From a virus: 64,000 nucleotides of DNA. Below are positions 57,006 to 64,000 of the stretch, piece after piece. Position 1 is the first letter of the stretch, and each line of letters starts with the position of its first letter. A program made the position numbers and the translations under genes. Under the pieces are notes generated by a model, which was not told the origin of the DNA, did no database searches, and saw only the letters and a program-made list of their open reading frames with translations. The stretch spans positions 2,708 to 66,707 of IMG/VR virus record IMGVR_UViG_3300025115_000007; one strand, given 5' to 3'.

Positions 57006-58010
57006 ATGATACCATATGACTTTGTTCAGAATTTCCTCATGGAACACTTTACCAATGTGACATCCAAGGGTATGGATTTTGTGGCCAGGTGTTCCCTCTG
57101 TGGTGATAGCGCGAAAAACCCCAGGAAGCGTAGATTCAACCTAAAGTACAAATCCGACGGAACGGCCGGAACATATCACTGTTTTAATTGTGGCGCCTCT
57201 GGTACCTTTGTTCAGCTATATGCCCAGGTCAAAGGCCTCACCAAATCGGAGGCTTACGGGCAGATTAGGCGGTCCGCGTTCAAGAATATCAAGGCGTCCC
57301 TGAGTAAACCCAAGAAAACCGTGCCGGAACAACTGGTTATCCCAGACAATTTCAATGCCATGCGTAAGGACTGGTTAGGCCTCGGTGACACACCCAAAGG
57401 TGCGGTACAAACCGAGTTTCAGGCCAGGCTCAAGTCATTCCTATACAAAAGATGCTTACCGGAGTCTTATCCCTTCTACATTGGAATAGGGGGTCCAACA
57501 AAAGGTCGGATAATTGTACCGATCTTCGATAGGAACGATGATATTTTATATTATCAGGCTAGATCACTAGATAGCTCCGCAACCCAAAAATACATGAATC
57601 CAACGCTCACCACCAAAAAAGCCATCATCCTGAACGAACACAGGTTTGCCAGGGACAAATATATTGTGGTGGTAGAAGGGCCAATTGACGCCATATGTGT
57701 TGGTGACCAGGGGACTTGTGTGTTTGGCGCTTCGGTAGATGATGTGGTGTTAGGTCGCCTAAGGTCACTAACGGATAAAGGTGTGGTGATTGCATTGGAT
57801 AGTGACTCTGATGGGTTGCGAGGTACCAAGAAGATCATGGATAAGAGCCGATACGCTAAGTCCCTGTTCTACTTCACGATGCCTTATACGGATGTCAAGG
57901 ATATTAATCAGTGGCTTATGGAGTATCGACGCACAACAGATGTGTACACGTTTGTGCTCCAGAACAGCCGGAACTATTTGGAGCATAGGGTCCGGCTGGG
58001 TTTGGTTTAG
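57006..58010 (+). CDS. gp61: DNA primase (gp61-like)
   Basis: C.LCGDS....HCFNCG, RIIVP, YQAR, VEGPIDA, D.D.DG, KDIN. Confidence 0.92.
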   Translation: MIPYDFVQNFLMEHFTNVTSKGMDFVARCSLCGDSAKNPRKRRFNLKYKSDGTAGTYHCFNCGASGTFVQLYAQVKGLTKSEAYGQIRRSAFKNIKASLSKPKKTVPEQLVIPDNFNAMRKDWLGLGDTPKGAVQTEFQARLKSFLYKRCLPESYPFYIGIGGPTKGRIIVPIFDRNDDILYYQARSLDSSATQKYMNPTLTTKKAIILNEHRFARDKYIVVVEGPIDAICVGDQGTCVFGASVDDVVLGRLRSLTDKGVVIALDSDSDGLRGTKKIMDKSRYAKSLFYFTMPYTDVKDINQWLMEYRRTTDVYTFVLQNSRNYLEHRVRLGLV

Positions 58011-58720
58011 ATGCTATGACCACCAACATTGTCATACCAGTTGGAAGCAAGCTGTTTGATGAAGGCCTGGTCGTATATCCCATCAGTTAGGTACTTCCAG
58101 CCCTGTTCCATCATTTTATCCACGTTATCCTGGCCTTTGGGACTCAGTGGGCTATTGAAGAACCCAGTGGCTTTTTTGAATGCCGCCAGGATCACCTCAT
58201 CGGTTAGCTCCCCATCGTTGTTGTCGATCTCCAGGTAGAAATCAAACGCCGACTTGTATACCGGCTTGACCTTGGACATGGATTCATGGGATTTCCTGAC
58301 GATTTCCGGAGGTACCACTCTACCCATCCTTTCCCCACGTTCCTTTGCCCGCTGGAGTGAGGTTTCCAGAGAACAGTCTACGAAGATCATACCAGTCTTA
58401 TATCCCACTGTCTCCAAAATGGCCTTACGCTTCAAGGTGGTTGAACTGTTGGTGGAAGTTCCATCCACCACCAAAGGTAGCATGGAATCAATGAACATCT
58501 CAAGCTGGCTAACGGTCAGGATCTTTGATTTTGCCACATCGGAATTCCCGAAAAACTCGTAGAATTTATCAGTATTTGCAACCCTGGCATCAATATTTCC
58601 AGACCTGATCTTGGACATGGTATAACTCTTACCGGCCCCACTGTTACCTGCCAGGAACAAGGCTCGTAGGATCCCCTTATCATTTATTCCTTCAACCAGG
58701 TATGATTCCAAACGTGACAT
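58007..58720 (-). CDS. P-loop kinase (zeta toxin/AAA_33-like)
   Basis: LAGNSGAGKS, N.D, VDGT, R..R.VP. Confidence 0.8.
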   Translation of the reverse strand: MSRLESYLVEGINDKGILRALFLAGNSGAGKSYTMSKIRSGNIDARVANTDKFYEFFGNSDVAKSKILTVSQLEMFIDSMLPLVVDGTSTNSSTTLKRKAILETVGYKTGMIFVDCSLETSLQRAKERGERMGRVVPPEIVRKSHESMSKVKPVYKSAFDFYLEIDNNDGELTDEVILAAFKKATGFFNSPLSPKGQDNVDKMMEQGWKYLTDGIYDQAFIKQLASNWYDNVGGHSI

Positions 58721-58731
58721 ATCATAACTCC

Positions 58732-59388
58732 TTAGAATATTGATGGCTTTAGATGGCCTACCCTGACTTCCGGGTCAACATGGATCGTGAAGCCGGCCTT
58801 CTTAGCCCCTATACAGAAGCCAACATCCTCCATGGAAAAGTCCCGGCACTCCCCAATCTCGTACCACTCTGGCCTGAACCAAGGATATTCCATCGCCTCA
58901 TACACACCCCTCTTGATTAGGACAAGACCGAAGCCAGTGTAGTCCACATCCAGCAATCCGTTCTCCAACCTAGTCAGCGATTTGATGTCCTCTGCCGTAT
59001 ACTGCTGCATCGCTTTGTGCTCTGCAAAGTAAGACTCATCAAGCTTACCACATGTAAAATGGGCACCATCTTCCATTGCCTGCAACCCGGCAACAATATC
59101 AACATTGTGGTTCAACAGCCTCTGGATCATAGCAGGAGTATAAAGAGAATCATTGTCAATCCAACAAGTATAATCATAATCAATTTGGCCATTGAATGGT
59201 TTCTGTAACCTCCCTCTTTCCACACTTGCACCCAAGCACATGTTCCTGACATAGTAAATGTTATTGGACTGCTTCCGGCTAATGAAACACTGTATGCCGG
59301 AACGTATGCAGTAAAACAATGTTTCACTCCACAAATCCAAAAAATGTCCGCTGAACTGTTCTCCAGGTAAACAAAATACGATCCTCAC
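58732..59388 (-). CDS. glycosyltransferase (GT-A fold)
   Basis: WIDND, TGFG.VLIKRGVYE, ED..FC, VGH. Confidence 0.8.
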   Translation of the reverse strand: MRIVFCLPGEQFSGHFLDLWSETLFYCIRSGIQCFISRKQSNNIYYVRNMCLGASVERGRLQKPFNGQIDYDYTCWIDNDSLYTPAMIQRLLNHNVDIVAGLQAMEDGAHFTCGKLDESYFAEHKAMQQYTAEDIKSLTRLENGLLDVDYTGFGLVLIKRGVYEAMEYPWFRPEWYEIGECRDFSMEDVGFCIGAKKAGFTIHVDPEVRVGHLKPSIF

Positions 59389-59444
59389 AATATTACCCTC
59401 CTAATGTTGATTGGCAGACATAAATAACACAGCCATGCATTATT

Positions 59445-59590
59445 TGAACTTACCTCTATTTAGAAGTTTTGGGTTAAGGCACCCTGGGCTAGATTCAAGA
59501 TAGCCCATCCACAACCGAAAGATTGTGAATGTTCCTGGCCGCATTGATGTCGGCATTAAGCCTTACCCCACATGAGGAACACTCATATAC
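59445..59590 (-). ncRNA. orphan TnpB omegaRNA-like remnant
   Basis: minus strand reads YECSSCGVRLNADINAARNI (TnpB C-terminus), then hairpins and TTCA end. Confidence 0.6.
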
Positions 59591-59619
59591 CTATTTATAG
59601 AAATCTCATAGGAGGCCCC

Positions 59620-60084
59620 ATGAAATTTACTCTCTCCGGACGTGATGTGATCTCACTCACCGATGAAACTTTGAAAGATTGCAAAATTCCATCTGACCAG
59701 AAAATCCATTTGATCAAAATTGATATAACCTCACCAAGCCCTAAGGCCATTGAAGCCATAACGATGATGTTCCCAAATACCAATAGGTACATCATTTCAG
59801 CCAACTCAAATATCAAGGTGTTCAATGACACCTTCAAACGACTCACCAAGAAGTATTATGTGGAGAACGAAACTAACTCAAGACTGGTCTCGTTCCTACG
59901 CAAAAACAATAAGGTGCTGCTGAATGTGGCCAAGCTATCACCCCATGACTATACCTTTGTGGATAATGAGTCGGTCCTGGTAGACCTACTCTGGAACGTA
60001 GAGGTGATGAGTGTTCCAATCAAGTTTTATGAGTCCTGGAAGCCCCTATTCACCAACTGGCCTGGGAACCTTATATTATCATGA
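59620..60084 (+). CDS. hypothetical protein
   Basis: RBS AGGAGG. Confidence 0.6.
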   Translation: MKFTLSGRDVISLTDETLKDCKIPSDQKIHLIKIDITSPSPKAIEAITMMFPNTNRYIISANSNIKVFNDTFKRLTKKYYVENETNSRLVSFLRKNNKVLLNVAKLSPHDYTFVDNESVLVDLLWNVEVMSVPIKFYESWKPLFTNWPGNLILS

Positions 60085-60890
60085 GCACTGCCATAGCAAT
60101 AGGCCCCTATGTTGGGGATTTCACCTCCGAGATTATATTTTTCAGGCCCTATGTCACCTGGCTCATATCTGCCCTGAAGCCAAGCTCCGTCTATATCTCC
60201 AGCCATAAAAACAGACGCTTCTTGTACCCAGACAACATAAATTTCATACCTATCTATGAGGACCTTACCAGGTCTGAGTTTGAACAGGTTGGTGCCATCC
60301 ATGAGAAGGTTAGCGGCCGCGATTACAACAACATTATTATGAAGAAGTTCAAGCTGGAAGTTCAGGCCCACCTAGGCTCCAAAGAGGTATTCTATTACAG
60401 CATACCATATACCAGGTATACCTGGGTGCCGGAATATAAGAGGGTGTTTACGAGGCTGGTTAATGGGTCCACACGCGGAACCGAGGTCTTATTTATCCCA
60501 TGTGATAATGTGCCGGAGGAGTCATTGGCTTATGTACATAATAAGCTCTCGGAAGCGCGGCCGGGGTTGATTACCCTGGGTGATATGCACACCTGGCTAC
60601 CAGAACATAACATCATGCTCCGGGATCCTGGCTATTATGCCAATGCGTACCAAAACCTGGTGACACGTATTTGTGGAGCCGCGGCCGTAATATGCCCCTC
60701 CAGCGTGTGGACAACATTGTGTGACCTGCATGGGGTGAGATGTTTCTCTTGGGGTAGATATACATTACCCATAGCAAATGAGCGAAACATAAATATACTA
60801 AATAGTGATGAACTGGAGCCACGGGTTGTGGTTGACAGGGTGTTGGATTGGTTATCAAAATGTGAGAGGAGGGCTTATGCCAATCTTTAG
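60081..60890 (+). CDS. possible GT-B glycosyltransferase-like protein
   Basis: GP.VG.F..E, A..VI.P.S....L. Confidence 0.45.
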   Translation: MSTAIAIGPYVGDFTSEIIFFRPYVTWLISALKPSSVYISSHKNRRFLYPDNINFIPIYEDLTRSEFEQVGAIHEKVSGRDYNNIIMKKFKLEVQAHLGSKEVFYYSIPYTRYTWVPEYKRVFTRLVNGSTRGTEVLFIPCDNVPEESLAYVHNKLSEARPGLITLGDMHTWLPEHNIMLRDPGYYANAYQNLVTRICGAAAVICPSSVWTTLCDLHGVRCFSWGRYTLPIANERNINILNSDELEPRVVVDRVLDWLSKCERRAYANL

Positions 60891-61155
60891 TTACCAATGC
60901 GTGTGTTGTGGGTTAGAGTCGGAAAGTATTGTGAGGTCATACAAGGTGAAAAGTATTATGTGTCCACGGTGTGGATGCGTAGCGGAAAAGATGTTTCCTA
61001 ACACGATGCGCTTTGAGCTTCGGTACGATCCGAAAAAGGACCTTATATCATGGGGGAACGAGGGGTATCAGAGAACCCGGAGGTATGAGGAGCAGGATAA
61101 GATGGCCAAGAAAAATATATTTGATCGGGCGGTGGCAAATGGAAATAGTGGGTAA
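60877..61155 (+). CDS. FmdB-like zinc ribbon protein
   Basis: MPIFSYQC..CG....CP.CG. Confidence 0.75.
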   Translation: MPIFSYQCVCCGLESESIVRSYKVKSIMCPRCGCVAEKMFPNTMRFELRYDPKKDLISWGNEGYQRTRRYEEQDKMAKKNIFDRAVANGNSG

Positions 61156-62980
61156 TCTAAGCATATCGGGATCAGCACTGGTAGATCATGTCTATGAGGT
61201 TAGCTCTGGGCATGGGGTATCATTGGATGGTGTGACCCTAAAGGATGGCGGAGCATTGGCCATTACTGGCGGAACGAACACCTTCAACCTAACCAACGGG
61301 ACGGCTGTGCTGGATGTAGCGGCTGGATCAGCCGTAAATGTTGATGCAAATTTAACCGTCGAATCTGCATCCTTTATCAATCAGGACTTGACCACCGACG
61401 CAGGCCCCACCTTCGACCACCTGCATACAGCTTCCATCATTGCCCCTGCTGCGGCATTTGTGGTTAAGCCCACCACGGACGGAACCACAGCCCTCCAGCT
61501 ATCTGACAAGGACGGCAACGCTATCCTGAATGTGGACACGACGAATGATAGGGTCGGCATCGGGACGACGGGGCCGGGGGCGGCTTTGCATGTTCGGAGA
61601 AGTTCAGGAGAAAGTAAAATAGAAGTTCAGACAACGGATGCTTCGAATCGTGCGTTTTTGCAAGTTAGAAACGATCAGAATGATGTCTGGGAATTTAATG
61701 CTTGGGGGAGTACAAAAACAGGGACGCTTTTTGGTATAAACAGGGCTCGGTTGGCTGAATTGGTAACAAACACAGATGTTATAATTGGAACTAGTGGCTC
61801 TAAGTTTCTTGCGTTTGGGACGGATAGCCTGGAAAGGGTTAGAATTACAAACACCGGCAACGTCGGCATCGGGACGACGGGGCCAAGCTCAAAACTGGAT
61901 GTCACCACTGCTTCCTTGGGAACCACGCAGACGACTTCTTCGGGATTGGCTCTAGTCAACACCACTGCCGCGGCCGCAGGAGCTCAGCAGATATCTCCCG
62001 CCATTCGCTGGTCTGGGTTTGGCTGGAAAACTGACGCCACGGCCGCAAGCCAGGCCGTGGGCTTCCAAAGCTTCGTTGTGCCGGTGCAAGGCGCGGCCAA
62101 TCCCACGGGCTACCTAACCTTCCAATCCTCGGTCAATGCTGCGGCATATGGGGACAGGATGGTGATAACATCCGGCGGCGACGTCGGCATCGGGACGACG
62201 ACGCCGGATACCAGATTGCAGATAAAGCAAGTGGCCAACGATGTGGGTTCGGCTGCGTTTTCGGTGTTGAGTGCTGATGGCGCGAGCAGTAAAGGCATCA
62301 TCTACACCAATGGGTCTTCGATGATTCTGCGGGAAGGCGGGGTCGATACTCTGTTCGTTGACGGCGGCAACGTCGGCATCGGGACGACCACCTTCGGCAC
62401 CTCCGCAGCCAAAGTCCTCGGTATCGGTTCCGGCACTGCTCCTTCCTCAAGCCCTGCCGATATGGCTCAGATGTGGGTTGAGGATGTGGGGGGTGCAGGG
62501 CAGGCAGAACTCCGGGTCAGAGATGAACTCGGCAACGTAACCACCCTCTCACCGCATAACTTCACTCTGTTCCAGCCCGATGTGTCATACACCTTGCCGT
62601 GGAGCTACTACTCTAAAAACTCCTTCATCGGGAAAGAGATCAACGTCGATATGTACGGGGCGATTGCAGAGATCGAAAAGGTCAGCGGGAAGAAGTTCAT
62701 CCATACTCGTGACATTCCGAAGGACAGTTGGGATGGGCATCAGGAGATTATCAGGGCGGCGAAAGACGCTGAGATACAGAAGGCAAACGACCGCATCTCC
62801 TCGCTTGAAACGACGCTCGCAGAACTGTCGGCTAAGCTGGCCCTTCTGGTTGATGAAAAAGAGAAGGCCGAGGCCGAGAAAGAGATCGAGAACAAGCGGA
62901 AGGAAAAGACGGACGTTAAGGTTCCGGTCGCCTTCAAGAAGCGGAACGCTCCGAAGTACATCGCGGATAGGATGAAGTAA
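61139..62980 (+). CDS. tail fibre-like protein
   Basis: four VGIGTT repeats, Gly/Thr/Ala-rich, C-terminal coiled coil. Confidence 0.8.
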   Translation: MEIVGNLSISGSALVDHVYEVSSGHGVSLDGVTLKDGGALAITGGTNTFNLTNGTAVLDVAAGSAVNVDANLTVESASFINQDLTTDAGPTFDHLHTASIIAPAAAFVVKPTTDGTTALQLSDKDGNAILNVDTTNDRVGIGTTGPGAALHVRRSSGESKIEVQTTDASNRAFLQVRNDQNDVWEFNAWGSTKTGTLFGINRARLAELVTNTDVIIGTSGSKFLAFGTDSLERVRITNTGNVGIGTTGPSSKLDVTTASLGTTQTTSSGLALVNTTAAAAGAQQISPAIRWSGFGWKTDATAASQAVGFQSFVVPVQGAANPTGYLTFQSSVNAAAYGDRMVITSGGDVGIGTTTPDTRLQIKQVANDVGSAAFSVLSADGASSKGIIYTNGSSMILREGGVDTLFVDGGNVGIGTTTFGTSAAKVLGIGSGTAPSSSPADMAQMWVEDVGGAGQAELRVRDELGNVTTLSPHNFTLFQPDVSYTLPWSYYSKNSFIGKEINVDMYGAIAEIEKVSGKKFIHTRDIPKDSWDGHQEIIRAAKDAEIQKANDRISSLETTLAELSAKLALLVDEKEKAEAEKEIENKRKEKTDVKVPVAFKKRNAPKYIADRMK

Positions 62981-63357
62981 TGAGCTCTCGCACCTCATAC
63001 CTTCTGACTTCGATCACCTGCCTGCTAATAGGGCTGGCGGGGCTGGCCCTGATGGCTTGCACAGCCCCGTTCACCCGTATCTCCGAGTGTCGGCACAGGG
63101 CTGTTGAGTGTGCGCTGGTTTACGGAGAGAAAGGCGCGAAGGTTGCCCTCGCTTCGGGGCCGGTAGAGGCCGATCCGAAGCAGTGGCACTCGCAGACGTA
63201 TCTATTGCCCCCGAATCAGGTTGATCTTTCAAAGCCCTGGAAGTGGCTGGTGAACGAGGGCTTTCAGTGTAGCATCGGTGATCAGGAACCGTTCATCCCT
63301 CATCGGTATGATACGGTTGCACAATATCTTGACTGGCAGTTTAGTTGGGTGGACTGA
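62980..63357 (+). CDS. lipoprotein-like hypothetical protein
   Basis: hydrophobic signal with LMAC. Confidence 0.55.
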   Translation: MSSRTSYLLTSITCLLIGLAGLALMACTAPFTRISECRHRAVECALVYGEKGAKVALASGPVEADPKQWHSQTYLLPPNQVDLSKPWKWLVNEGFQCSIGDQEPFIPHRYDTVAQYLDWQFSWVD

Positions 63358-63445
63358 GATGAAGCTATTCACCTTATGGCAGTGGATCAATGCATAGATA
63401 CAGTACACGAAATAGCAGCTCTGCTGAAAATGAAAGGAGCACAGT

Positions 63446-63661
63446 ATGGCAACAAGATCAATAGTGCCAAGGGCGAATGGCGAAGGCGGGGTTGGAACTT
63501 CGGTAAAGAACTGGCTCACATCTTATATCAGAACCATGTATGGAGATCATGTCGAGGAGATATCTTCTGGACATGGCGTTGTTTGTGACGGAGTAACGCT
63601 CAAAGATGGCGCGGTTCAAATGCTTATCAAGAGACTCGAAAAACTGGAGAAGAAACAATGA
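63446..63661 (+). CDS. short tail-fibre N-terminal module protein
   Basis: MATRSIVPRANGEGG.G; shares GHGV..DGVTLKDG with 61139 gene. Confidence 0.6.
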   Translation: MATRSIVPRANGEGGVGTSVKNWLTSYIRTMYGDHVEEISSGHGVVCDGVTLKDGAVQMLIKRLEKLEKKQ

Positions 63662-63863
63662 CACTCGACAACGAAGGTCAAAGACAAACGATTCTTTCCT
63701 TAACGAAGGTCAAAGACAAACGATTCTTTCCTTAATCAAAGCAGCCCCGATTTCAGGAAATTTTGAACAGGTGACGCAGATTGTGGCGGCACTGGCGGTT
63801 TTGAAACAGGAAGTCGAAAAGGCGGATTTGAAGGGTGAAAGTCAACAACCAGCAGTATCTTGA
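63658..63863 (+). pseudogene. small gene frameshifted by 32-bp tandem duplication
   Basis: AACGAAGGTCAAAGACAAACGATTCTTTCCTT twice (63670-63733). Confidence 0.6.
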
Positions 63864-63891
63864 CATACACACAGAAGTAAAGGAGTAACAC

Positions 63892-64000
63892 TATGGCAAC
63901 ACGATCATTTGTACCACAGGCATCCGGTGAAGGTGGCCTAGGAACCACCCTGAAACACTGGCTGCAATCTTATATTAGAACCCTGTACACCGATAACATC
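63892..64000 (+). CDS. tail-associated protein, truncated by window
   Basis: MATRSFVPQASGEGG.., paralog of 63446; RBS AAGGAG. Confidence 0.6.

Noticed and set aside
78-63948. Many antisense or overlapping ORFs in the track
   Set aside because: Shadows of well-supported genes or of tRNA clusters, lacking RBS and motifs.
61139-64000. Diversity-generating retroelement TR/VR pair
   Set aside because: Duplicated segments differ at synonymous positions rather than adenines; no reverse transcriptase in the window.

Overview
64 kb of a large T4-like (gp2/gp4/gp41/gp43/gp44/gp45/gp61/gp62/UvsW/UvsY, TATAAATA late promoters) lytic phage genome. The host is probably a Desulfobacterota/deltaproteobacterium (tmRNA tag ADNYDYAYAA, PxxKW-family gene). 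It holds replication, recombination and nucleotide genes, about 20 tRNA genes in several clusters, a tmRNA, several unexplained structured RNAs, two solo tnpB genes plus an orphan omegaRNA-like remnant, five homing-endonuclease-like genes (three of which fracture ligA, uvsW and a tRNA), an intein in nrdJ, and late/virion genes. Top finding: a complete ribosome-stalling attenuator (24-codon leader, 1:2/2:3/3:4 hairpins) in front of a 12-tRNA array. Its 15 central codons specify only, and all of, the amino acids served by the downstream tRNAs, suggesting a sensor of host tRNA depletion that switches on replacement tRNAs. Second: a conserved three-way-junction motif bracketed by convergent late-promoter boxes upstream of three endonuclease genes from two families. 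All calls are by eye from the sequence and ORF track; no searches were run.
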